This document shows positions 16,641-25,351 of a DNA stretch of 28,765 nucleotides, one piece after another. The notes beneath the pieces are model-generated. The model was not told the DNA's origin. It saw only the letters and a list, made by a program, of their open reading frames with translations, and did no database searches. The DNA lies in assembly GCA_964520785.1 (NCBI GenBank), contig CAZFQG010000070.1, positions 1-28,765 on the forward strand, given 5' to 3'. The DNA is from an uncultured Planctomycetaceae bacterium. GTDB lineage: Bacteria > Planctomycetota > Planctomycetia > Pirellulales > Thermoguttaceae. The translations under genes were made by a program, and so were the position numbers. The first letter of the stretch is position 1. The number at the start of each line of letters is the position of its first letter.

Positions 16641-17693
16641 ATGAGTGAAGCGAACGAAAGACTCGGAATCGGCATAATCGGCCTCGGCCATCGTTGGCGC
16701 ACGCGGCATCTACCGGCGTTGAGATCGCTGGCGGATCGTTTTTCGGTGCGCGCGGTCTTCGATGCGGTCTACCAATTGGCCGTGAACGCATCCGAGGAAC
16801 TCGGAGCTGAACCGGTCGGGGGAATACAACCGCTCGTGGAGCGGGAAGACGTTGACGCCATCCTTGTCCTCGGAACGCAATGGCACGGGTTTTATCCGTT
16901 GGTGGCCTCGCGCCGGGTGGAGAAACCGCTCTATTATGGCGGACCGCTGGGGATACTGGGGCGCTGTAAACAAGAGATCGGGGATGAGATCGCGGATTAC
17001 CCCGAATTCATGGCCGAGTTGCCTCGACGCTGGGCCCCCGGGACGATCCGTTTGAAGGAGTTGATCGCTACGACGCTCGGTCGGCCGAAGCTGCTGTTTT
17101 GCCATCAACGCCGAGGGGCGGAAGACGAGCCGGTGGAGAATAATGGGGGTGAGCCGGAACCGGGCCGCGAGTTGATCGAGATGATCGACTGGTGCTGTTA
17201 TGTCGTCGGTGAAGATCCGCGGTCAGTCATCGGCGTACGGCACGGCGCGGCGAGTCCGACTTCTCGCGACTCGGAAACCAACGACGACTTCGACTATCAG
17301 GCACTCACCCTCGATTTCTCGGCTCGCCAAGCACCCGGCTCCGAGACGATCGCGCAAATCAGTTTCGGCCGGTACTTCCCATCCTCCTGGGAAGAAGCGA
17401 TCCATTACCGTCCGCTGGCGGATATGCAAATCGCTTGCGAGCGCGGCGTCGCGTTCGTCGATCTGCCGAGCAAATTGGTCTGGTTCGATTCATTCGGACG
17501 GCACCAGGAATCACTCGACAGCGAACGTCCCGTGGGAGAACAGCTCCTGATCCGTTTTCACCAGTCGATTCTCCACGGGGAACACCGGTTTTCCGACTGG
17601 CTGGAAATACGCCGCGCCTTGGAAGTCCTCTGCGGCGCCGCGAAAAGCCATGCCGAAGGCCGCCGCAGGGAGTTGCCGCTGGGGGACTGCTGA
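16641..17693 (+). CDS. Gfo/Idh/MocA-like oxidoreductase (N-terminal Rossmann-like, C-terminal alpha/beta domain); the nucleotide-binding motif looks degenerate
   Basis: N-terminal LGIGIIGLGHRW resembles the Gfo/Idh/MocA I-G-I-I-G-x-G start but lacks the third Gly of GxGxxG. Length ~350 aa fits the family. Start could be TTG 16635 or ATG 16641. Located between two sialidase genes; sialic-acid-interconverting oxidoreductases such as YjhC/NanY belong to this family (context inference only). Confidence 0.55.
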   Translation: MSEANERLGIGIIGLGHRWRTRHLPALRSLADRFSVRAVFDAVYQLAVNASEELGAEPVGGIQPLVEREDVDAILVLGTQWHGFYPLVASRRVEKPLYYGGPLGILGRCKQEIGDEIADYPEFMAELPRRWAPGTIRLKELIATTLGRPKLLFCHQRRGAEDEPVENNGGEPEPGRELIEMIDWCCYVVGEDPRSVIGVRHGAASPTSRDSETNDDFDYQALTLDFSARQAPGSETIAQISFGRYFPSSWEEAIHYRPLADMQIACERGVAFVDLPSKLVWFDSFGRHQESLDSERPVGEQLLIRFHQSILHGEHRFSDWLEIRRALEVLCGAAKSHAEGRRRELPLGDC

Positions 17694-17908
17694 ACCCCCT
17701 TTTCAAACGGATGCGATCGCCTTCGTCGCGTTCTCCGGAATGCGATACGCGGAAAAACGAAGTGGAGGGGGAGCGAACGGGAAATACCCCACCCGAGACG
17801 ATCTTTCGGACAACGCTTTACGCCGGGCCGGTGAGCCATTAAGATCGGTTCGGTTCGTGCTATTGTGTCACGACGTCGAGGACCAACATTTTCTGATGGA
17901 GGAAGTCC

Positions 17909-19087
17909 GTGTCGAAGGCCCATTTGATGTTTCTCGGGGTATTGGGAGCCGGATGCCTGGCTGTCGTGAATCCGACCGAAATGCAATGTGTCGCGGAAGA
18001 GCCGGCGAAAGTCGACGTCTTCGTAGGCGGAGAGGGTTACAACATATTCCGGATTCCCTCACTGATCTGTACACCCAAAGGAACGCTCCTGGCATTCTGC
18101 GAGGCACGCCAGGGCAACGATCAAAGCCCAACCGACATGGTGCTGAAACGGAGCCTCGACGGGGGCGAAACATGGCAGCCGATGCAAGTACTCGTGAAGG
18201 CGGTACCGGAGGCCGCCATGGATCCGACCGCCGTGGTCGAGCGAACGACCGGCAAGATCATCCTCATTTACGACCGCTGGCCTGAAATGCCGGAAGGGAA
18301 GAAGCTTGGAGAATTCAAGAGAGCCCCGGGCCTGGGTCGCGATTCCATCACGACTTGGATCACTACCAGCGAGGATGACGGCCTGACCTGGTCCGAGCCG
18401 CGGGACATCACGGCGACGACGAAGAAACCGGAATGGACCGAGGCCTGCCACGGTCCCGGCGTGGGCATCCAAATGCGGTCCGGCCGGATCGTGATTCCTT
18501 GCTTCGAAAACCGGTCTGAAGAGCCGGGTTGGGGAACCTGCTGGAACTACGCCCTTTACAGTGACGACCGGGGCGAGACGTGGCACATCAGCGACAATGA
18601 ATCCGGGCCCGGCGTCAATGAGACGCAGGTCGTGGAGCTTACCGACGGAACATTGTTGCTGAACATGCGCAGCGACGACCCCAAGAAGGGATGCAGGATG
18701 GGTGCTACCAGTACGGACGGCGGAAAGACATGGTCCCGACCGTTCGAAATCCCCGAACTGCCGGATCCTTGTTGCCAGGCCAGCATGCTCCGGTATTCGT
18801 GGCCCGATGAAACGGGAGAAAAGAGTCGCATCCTCTACTGCGGCCCCGGAACGACGGATGGTCGGCACACCGGCACCGTGCGTCTGAGTTACGATGAATC
18901 GAAAACCTGGCCCGTCGCCAGGGTGATTTGCAGGGACTACTTCGGGTACTGTTGTCTCACGGTCCTGCGCGACGGGACGATCGGGTGCTTGTTCGAGGCG
19001 GAAGGCTGTTCAAAGATCGTTTTCACCCGCTTTTCGCTTCAGTGGTTGACCGGTGAGTTTTCAACACCCTCCTCGACCGCACGCTGA
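17909..19087 (+). CDS. Exo-alpha-sialidase (GH33) with signal peptide
   Basis: GTG at 17909 preceded by GGAGGAAG SD. MSKAHLMFLGVLGAGCLAVV is a signal peptide. YNIFRIPSL contains the sialidase F/YRIP motif with the arginine-triad Arg. Four Asp-boxes: SLDGGETW, SEDDGLTW, SDDRGETW, STDGGKTW. Length 392 aa fits a single-domain sialidase propeller. Confidence 0.85.
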   Translation: MSKAHLMFLGVLGAGCLAVVNPTEMQCVAEEPAKVDVFVGGEGYNIFRIPSLICTPKGTLLAFCEARQGNDQSPTDMVLKRSLDGGETWQPMQVLVKAVPEAAMDPTAVVERTTGKIILIYDRWPEMPEGKKLGEFKRAPGLGRDSITTWITTSEDDGLTWSEPRDITATTKKPEWTEACHGPGVGIQMRSGRIVIPCFENRSEEPGWGTCWNYALYSDDRGETWHISDNESGPGVNETQVVELTDGTLLLNMRSDDPKKGCRMGATSTDGGKTWSRPFEIPELPDPCCQASMLRYSWPDETGEKSRILYCGPGTTDGRHTGTVRLSYDESKTWPVARVICRDYFGYCCLTVLRDGTIGCLFEAEGCSKIVFTRFSLQWLTGEFSTPSSTAR

Positions 19088-19313
19088 CAAAGTGCCCGCC
19101 GAAGGCGTCATCGGCCGAAGACATGAACCATTCGGGTGGACGTTCTCTCCGATCCGTGCCGAACGATCCAGTGACGCCTTTGGGGGGAATTTGACATCGG
19201 GGTAGCGTTCTGCTATTTTTTTGCAGGTCCCTCGCGGAAGTCGGATATTCGTACCGCCGCTGCGGGCCGTCAGACCCCACCACATTCGATTCACTACCCC
19301 CCCAGGTGCCGTC

Positions 19314-21440
19314 ATGTTTTTTCGAAATAGTTGCTTTTTCTTCGCCGTTCTTTTCCTTTCTTGCCCTTTCATCAGCGCCGATGAGCCGATTTCGGTCGGT
19401 AACCGACTGGAGCCTTTCGTCGACCCGGCCTTGGTCGATTCCTTTGAAGGGGCCGCATCGTTGGAACTGCATCAGCCGATCGACCGGGAAGTGGTCCTGG
19501 TTTGCGATGAACCTTGGGAGGGGAATACCTGCTGCTATTTCACCGTGTTTCAAGACGGCGAACTGTTCCGGATGTACTACCGCGGCTCGCATTACGATAA
19601 CGTCCTTGGCAAGACGACGCATCCCGAGTATTTCTGCTACGCCGAGAGCACCGACGGAATTCACTGGACCAAACCGGTCGTGGGGCTTTTCGAATTCGAG
19701 GGCTCCAAGGAGAACAACATCGTCCTCGCCGGCGACATCGGCACGCACAATTTGGCCCCGTTTCTGGACACGAATCCCGCCTGTCCTCCGGAGGCGAAGT
19801 ACAAAGCATTGGGGCACGGCAAAGGGGGCCTCTACGCGTTTCAGTCCGCGGACGCGGTCACCTGGAAACTGATGCACGACAAGCCGGTTATCACCAAGGG
19901 GGCGTTCGACTCGCAGAACCTGGCGTTTTTCGATCCCCTGAAAGACCGCTACGTCGATTTTCACCGCGGCTTCCGTGACAGGGTCCGAGACATCATGACG
20001 TGTACTTCAAAGGATTTCCTCGAATGGACCGAGCCCGAGTGGCTGTCTTATCCCGGGAGCGAGCCGGAGCACCTTTACACGAACGCGATCACGCCCTATT
20101 TCCGCGCCCCGCACATCTACCTCGGATTTCCCAAGCGGTTCGTACCGTCGCGCCGGGTCGTTGAGCACGTCCACCCCGGCGTTTCCGACGCCGTCTTCAT
20201 GTCCAGCCGCGACGGGCGGAATTTCCATCGATTCTCCGAAGCAATCGTCCGCCCCGGACCGCAGCGGGGGCGATGGGTGAACCGCAACAACATGACGGCT
20301 TGGGGCATGCTCCTCACCAAGGGGACGCTGCCGGATACACCGGACGAAATCTCGATCTACACGACCGAGGCCTACTATAAGGGAGATGCCGCGCGATTGA
20401 GGCGACACACGTTCCGGCTCGATGGATTCGCTTCGATCCGCGGAAAAGGAGCCGGCGGACGCGTGATCACCAAGCCGATCGTCTTCGCGCCCGGCACCAA
20501 GGACGAAGCGTCGCCGAAGCCGCTTACGGGTGTCGCTTTGGTTACCGAGAACCCGCTGCGCGGGGAGGCTTCGCTCGCGATCACCGAACCGGTCGTCCTG
20601 GAAATTCCCGGTACCGCGAATCTTGGCCCGAAGGCCACCTTGGCCTTGCGGGTGCGGGGGATGAAGCCGGGCCACCGCCGGTTCTTTTCCGCCTACAACG
20701 GCGGTTCGGCCGCTCCCAGGGAATTGTACTTCGACGTTTTGGGCCAGGACCGGACGATCCGTTTCTGCTACGACGACAAGATGATTTCCACGGCGGAAAA
20801 CACCGGCGCGGTTCTCTACGACGGCGACTCGCACCACGTCGCGGCCGTTTGGAATGACGGCCAGGTAACGCTTTATCTCGATGGGAAGGAGGTCGCCGCC
20901 GGCAAGGCGGGGACGGGCGATCTCGAATTCGCGTTGGGGAATCTCCGCTTCGGCGAGGATTATCCTCCGACGTCCCTTACCAACGAACCGTTCGAGGGCG
21001 AGGTGGACGATATCCTCGTCCTCCGCGATGCCCTCGCCCCGGAAGCGGTCGCGGCGCTTGCCGTCGACGGCGTCCTACCGGATGGTGAGCACGAAGGAGT
21101 CTACTACACGATGGACGCCGGTTTGGACGAAGGGAAGCTCAAGGACGCGCTCACGGCCGACGGTGCGCAGGACGCGGGACTGCCGGGTCCGGGAGTAACC
21201 GAACTCCTCCTCAACTTCGCTACTTCCGCGGCCGGAACCGTCCGGTGCGAGTTGCGAACGCCGGAGGGGGAACCGATTCCCGGTTATACGCTCGACGAGT
21301 GCGATCCCATCTACGGCGACCAGATCGCCAAGGCGGTAACGTGGCGCGGCGTCTCCGAACTGACTCCCCTGGCCGGCAAACCGGTTCGTGTCGTATTCGA
21401 ACTGAAGGATGCCGACGTCTTCGCCTTCCAGTTTAATTAG
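19314..21440 (+). CDS. Secreted Asp-box/BNR-like beta-propeller glycosidase-like protein fused to a C-terminal LamG (concanavalin-A-like lectin) domain
   Basis: The ORF frame opens at 19221; the ATG at 19314 gives MFFRNSCFFFAVLFLSCPFISADEP (signal peptide). Asp-box-like motifs: ESTDGIHWTKP, QSADAVTWKL, TSKDFLEWTEP. The C-terminal ~200 aa (RELYFDVLGQDRTIRFCYDD...HHVAAVWNDGQVTLYLDGKEVAAG...GNLRFGEDY...FEGEVDDILVLRDAL) is a typical LamG/pentraxin-like jelly-roll. Confidence 0.7.
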   Translation: MFFRNSCFFFAVLFLSCPFISADEPISVGNRLEPFVDPALVDSFEGAASLELHQPIDREVVLVCDEPWEGNTCCYFTVFQDGELFRMYYRGSHYDNVLGKTTHPEYFCYAESTDGIHWTKPVVGLFEFEGSKENNIVLAGDIGTHNLAPFLDTNPACPPEAKYKALGHGKGGLYAFQSADAVTWKLMHDKPVITKGAFDSQNLAFFDPLKDRYVDFHRGFRDRVRDIMTCTSKDFLEWTEPEWLSYPGSEPEHLYTNAITPYFRAPHIYLGFPKRFVPSRRVVEHVHPGVSDAVFMSSRDGRNFHRFSEAIVRPGPQRGRWVNRNNMTAWGMLLTKGTLPDTPDEISIYTTEAYYKGDAARLRRHTFRLDGFASIRGKGAGGRVITKPIVFAPGTKDEASPKPLTGVALVTENPLRGEASLAITEPVVLEIPGTANLGPKATLALRVRGMKPGHRRFFSAYNGGSAAPRELYFDVLGQDRTIRFCYDDKMISTAENTGAVLYDGDSHHVAAVWNDGQVTLYLDGKEVAAGKAGTGDLEFALGNLRFGEDYPPTSLTNEPFEGEVDDILVLRDALAPEAVAALAVDGVLPDGEHEGVYYTMDAGLDEGKLKDALTADGAQDAGLPGPGVTELLLNFATSAAGTVRCELRTPEGEPIPGYTLDECDPIYGDQIAKAVTWRGVSELTPLAGKPVRVVFELKDADVFAFQFN

Positions 21441-22124
21441 CGCGCCGCCGGAATGGCTCCGAACGAGGCGCCGGTAGCCGAGCCCCCGCGGTGGCTCCGC
21501 CGCCGGGGATTGCCCCGACGGCGGCCGCGATTGCCTCGCTCATTTCCTGCCCGGACGCAGAGGACGACGCCGCGGCCGACCTGCCTCCGTTTGCACACGA
21601 AGAAGGAAAACCACGGAGAGTACGGAGAGTACGGAGAGGGATGAGGGGAAAGGAAGGACTCGTATTTGGACGGAAGCCCGGTAAGGATGTTTTCCGTTTT
21701 TCCTCTTCCTTCCGTGGTCTGTGTTCCGTGGTTGTCTTTTTTCTCTTCACAGGGCCTCCGTAGGGGCACCCCTTGTGGGTGCCCTGATCACCATTGCACC
21801 GTCGCGAGCGGGCACAAGGCCCGTCCCTATCCGATTATCGGCAGCCCTATCCTCGGTGGCTTCCGGGGTGGGAACGCCGATCAATGGGCGTCTCGTATGG
21901 ATGACCAAAAGGGGCTTGGGACCATTCGCACACCCCGACATCAATGTCTGGTCTATTAACGGTCGGGCCGGGGAATCGGTCTGGAGGCTGCTACAATCGC
22001 ATCGCGGGGTTGGTAATCGGACGGTTTCAGTCGTGCGGCAAGAGACACGCTCATGACGGCGAGTTATGCAACGGTCCGAGTCGGCGGCCGGCGCTCCTGG
22101 TGAGGGGAACGCGCGATCAACCTT

Positions 22125-23687
22125 CTACCGGCGGGATTCTTCTTCGAGCGACTTCCAGAAATCGCGTGCCTGGCGGTGGTAGTCGATCAGCGCCTTGCGG
22201 TCCGGGGTATCCGGCAGGGCGGCCAGGTGGCGCGCCCGCTCATAGAGCCAGTCGATGAAGAACCGGACCGCCTCCGGGTTCACCCTGGGTTTGCCGTCGG
22301 CGACGACGTAGTAGGGGGCGGTCATGGCGAAGCGGTAGGTCTTGGGGAGGTCGGTGACGGCGCGGACGAGGAACCAGCCGGAGTCGTCGAAGGGGACCGT
22401 CGGAAGGCGGCCGGATTTGGCGTACTCGTCGAAGCGGATCGAGTGAATGACCTCGCCGTTTTTGATGATTTCCAGGTAGCTGATCGGCTGGCGTGTCGAG
22501 AGGGTCAGACCGATCTCGAACTCGACCGGGTCGGCTTTGGAGATTTCGAAGACATGGCCTGGGGGGTAGCCGTCGACCGAAGGGCGCAGGAGGGGGCCGT
22601 TGGTGATCGTGGCACGGCCGGCGCGGAACCCTTCCCACCACGTGTCGTAGTTGAACTCGCCGTCGACGAAGACGTACATCCGGTTGTAGCCGACCGGATT
22701 GGGGCCGAAACCGCTGCCGCTCGCGGCGCTGGGAGGAATGCGAAATCCGCACTCCAGCAGTCTGAAATAGACATCCTGCGTATAGCGCGGCACGCCGAAC
22801 GGGGGCGGATACAGGGCCCTCTCCTTGGGCCGGGCGGACGGTTCCTCCGGCAATACGTCCTCGCGCAGGATTCGATCATGGGCGATGCCGATGGAGTAGA
22901 CCTTGCCGTGGGCGACCAGAAGGGGCAAGTCCCACCAGTAGGGCTTGCTCAAATCGATCCACCGCCGGTCCGAGGGAGAGCCGTCGCTCAGCAGAGCCGC
23001 AATGGGAGCGGGATATTCTTCGTCCGGTTTTCCCATCGCCGGCGCCCCGTGCGAATGAAAGCACAGTAGTTCTCCGCCCGGCCAGATCCAGCGGCCGGCG
23101 GAAAGGCTGTAGTAACGGTTTTCGTCGAAGCGGACGACCTCGGCCTCGCCGCCGGCCGCGGCGACACCGGCCGGCATCTCGGCGTTGCTCCATGTAAGGA
23201 TCGGCAAGATATGGAGGTCTTCGGCCCTCATCAACAGCGGGACGTCCTTCGCGGGCCGACCCACGCACAATTCACCGGACCACCAGCCGTCGGCCGACAT
23301 ATCGACGAACCGCGCCAGAGCGACCGTCTTCACGTCGTCGGCGAAGTCGTTGATCGTGAAGTGGCCGGAACGGGTCACGTACTCCGGCCCGCGTTCGAGT
23401 TCGAATGAATACTGCCCCTTCGGCAGCTTCAGGTCGATAGTCCCGTCGAAGACGAAATGGTCGTGGTGGAAGGGGACCCTGCGGGGGTTGACCGGCGTTC
23501 CATTGCCGCGAAGGAGGTGCATCCGGCAGGGAATCGGCTTGCCGGAGTCCTTATCGACGACCGTCAACACAAGACGCCCGACGGCTTCGGTTCGGGCCGG
23601 CGGGACGCACGCGAAAAGGAGAACGAGGGCAAGTCCCGCCAACCGCGGCAGGGCTCGCCCTATCGGTTTTTTCGCCCGATCAGTCAT
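22125..23687 (-). CDS. Hypothetical secreted protein, possibly a metal-dependent hydrolase with an N-terminal Ig/carboxypeptidase-regulatory-like domain; third gene of the nfeD-floT operon
   Basis: Start ATG 23685-23687 overlaps the floT stop by 8 nt (ATGACTGA). MTDRAKKPIGRALPRLAGLALVLLFACVPPARTEA is a signal peptide. LVLTVVDKDSGKPIPCRMHLL resembles a CarboxypepD_reg/Ig-like beta-sandwich. The rest has His-rich patches (HHDHF, HSHG) but I cannot name the family. The antisense ORF 22176..23069 is Gly/Asp/Val/Arg-rich junk. Confidence 0.6.
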   Translation of the reverse strand: MTDRAKKPIGRALPRLAGLALVLLFACVPPARTEAVGRLVLTVVDKDSGKPIPCRMHLLRGNGTPVNPRRVPFHHDHFVFDGTIDLKLPKGQYSFELERGPEYVTRSGHFTINDFADDVKTVALARFVDMSADGWWSGELCVGRPAKDVPLLMRAEDLHILPILTWSNAEMPAGVAAAGGEAEVVRFDENRYYSLSAGRWIWPGGELLCFHSHGAPAMGKPDEEYPAPIAALLSDGSPSDRRWIDLSKPYWWDLPLLVAHGKVYSIGIAHDRILREDVLPEEPSARPKERALYPPPFGVPRYTQDVYFRLLECGFRIPPSAASGSGFGPNPVGYNRMYVFVDGEFNYDTWWEGFRAGRATITNGPLLRPSVDGYPPGHVFEISKADPVEFEIGLTLSTRQPISYLEIIKNGEVIHSIRFDEYAKSGRLPTVPFDDSGWFLVRAVTDLPKTYRFAMTAPYYVVADGKPRVNPEAVRFFIDWLYERARHLAALPDTPDRKALIDYHRQARDFWKSLEEESRR

Positions 23688-25326
23688 GCTGGTTCTTTTC
23701 GATCACGACCGTCTCGGCTTCTCCGGCGGATTCGGCCGGGCCGTTGGAACTCCCTTCCTTGGAATCGCTGGAGTTCTTGAGGTTGACCAAGGTTTCCGGG
23801 ATATCGACGCCGCCGATGTCCTTCATCACCTGCATCATGGGTGGCAGCGTTCTGGCCATGTTGTGCAGCCATCCAGCGGTACTGCTGGCGCCGTCCTTTC
23901 CGCCCCCTTCCCAGACGACCACCTTGTCGAACTTGATATTCGAGATCGCCTTGGCCGAGGCGTCGACCAGGTTGTCGAAGTGTTCGAGCATGAGCATCCG
24001 GAAGGCTTCCTCCGCGCCGCCGCAGGCGTTGATGATCTCGCGGAGGCCTTCCCCCTTCTTGGCCAGGATCTCGAATTGGCCGCGGGCCTCGGCCTCCAAC
24101 TTGGCGAAGATGGCGGCCGCTTCACCCTCGGCCTCGATGCGGCGCTTGGCCGCTTCGGCCTGGGCGTCGACCTCGATCTTGGCCTTCTCTGCCTTGGCCG
24201 GGGCTTCCAGCGCGGCGCGGCGCTCGGCTTCGATGCGTTGTGCTTCGGCCAGGGCCGCCTTGGCCAGGGCGACGTGCTCCGCCTCGACGACGGCCGCTTC
24301 CGCTTGGACCCGCTTGGTCTGACCGATTTCGTAGGCCGCCGCCTTCTTGACTTGCAGCTCGGCCATCGAGTCGGCCACCTGGGCCTTCGAGCGGTTTTCG
24401 CCGTCGATCGCGTCGGCGTCCGCCTGGGCGATGCGGATACGCATCTCGCGCTCCGAATCCTTCACCTGCGACTCGCGTTCGAACGAGGCCGCCTTCTCGC
24501 CGACCTCCTGTTCCTTCGCCAGTTCCGCGACCCGAACCGCCTGCTCGCGGATTGCCTCTCGCGTGCCGATTTCGCGAAGCTTGTTCGCGTTGGCCACCTG
24601 GATCGCCTTCTCCCGCTCGGCGTCGGCCACGCGGATTTCGCCCATCTTTTCGTTGTCGGCTACGTCGCCGCGGGCCTTTTGGATCGCCTGGGAGGCCGCC
24701 TTCCGGCCGATCGCCTCGATGTAGCCCGACTCGTCCGTGATGTCCGTGATATTGACGTTGATCAGAATGAGGCCGATCTTGCGGAGTTCCGGTTCGAGCG
24801 AATTCTGAATGCTCGCCAGAAACATGTCGCGGTCGCGGTTGATGTCCTCGATCTGCATCGACGCGATCACCTGGCGCAATTGCCCGAAGATGATGTCCTG
24901 TGCCTGTTTCTCGATTTCGTTGATGCTCAGGCCCAGAAGGCGGATCGCCGCGTTCTGCATCAGCTCCGGCGTCGTGCCGATGGCCACGGTGAACACGCTC
25001 GGGACGTTCACGCGGATATTCTCGATGGAGAGGGCATCCTTCAGCGGAATCGCGATCTGCATCGGCTCCAGGTTCAGCCAGGCGTAGTCCTGAACGAGCG
25101 GGACGACGAATTTCGCGCCTCCGTGAATACAGGTCGCCGCTCTCCCGTCTTTCCCGGAACGCCCGTATACGACGAGGACGCGGTTACTGGGGCAACGTTT
25201 GTACTGCTTGACAATGAAGACGATAGTCGTGAAGCCGAAAGCGACGAGCAAGACGAGCGCGACGCCCAGCCAGAGGAGCGGCCCCGAGGCCGTCGGCCCT
25301 TGGGCCAGCAGGAAGGTGGAACTCAT
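23680..25326 (-). CDS. floT: Flotillin (FloT/YuaG-type SPFH/band-7 protein with long Ala/Glu-rich coiled-coil region)
   Basis: The ORF frame extends to 25443; the ATG at 25326 (AAGGAAAG upstream) gives MSSTFLLAQGPTASGPLLWLGVALVLLVAFG (TM/hairpin). It is followed by an SPFH core (CPSNRVLVVYGRSG...GGAKFVVPLVQDYAWLNLEPMQIAI...ENIRVNVPSVFTVAIG), then ~200 aa of EA-repeat coiled coil (AEAQRIEAERRAALEAPAKAEKAKIEVDAQAEAAKRRIEAEGEAAAIFAKLEAEARGQ), then the conserved flotillin C-terminal region. Confidence 0.85.
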   Translation of the reverse strand: MSSTFLLAQGPTASGPLLWLGVALVLLVAFGFTTIVFIVKQYKRCPSNRVLVVYGRSGKDGRAATCIHGGAKFVVPLVQDYAWLNLEPMQIAIPLKDALSIENIRVNVPSVFTVAIGTTPELMQNAAIRLLGLSINEIEKQAQDIIFGQLRQVIASMQIEDINRDRDMFLASIQNSLEPELRKIGLILINVNITDITDESGYIEAIGRKAASQAIQKARGDVADNEKMGEIRVADAEREKAIQVANANKLREIGTREAIREQAVRVAELAKEQEVGEKAASFERESQVKDSEREMRIRIAQADADAIDGENRSKAQVADSMAELQVKKAAAYEIGQTKRVQAEAAVVEAEHVALAKAALAEAQRIEAERRAALEAPAKAEKAKIEVDAQAEAAKRRIEAEGEAAAIFAKLEAEARGQFEILAKKGEGLREIINACGGAEEAFRMLMLEHFDNLVDASAKAISNIKFDKVVVWEGGGKDGASSTAGWLHNMARTLPPMMQVMKDIGGVDIPETLVNLKNSSDSKEGSSNGPAESAGEAETVVIEKNQHD

Positions 25327-25351
25327 GGGGTTTCTTTCCTTGGTTCGTGGT

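Noticed and set aside
22176-23069. 297-aa plus-strand ORF, plus 22240..22752 and 22505..22879 minus alternatives, inside the 22125..23687 gene
   Set aside because: Overlaps a better-supported ORF that is translationally coupled to floT and has a signal peptide. Compositions are Arg/Pro or Gly/Asp-rich.
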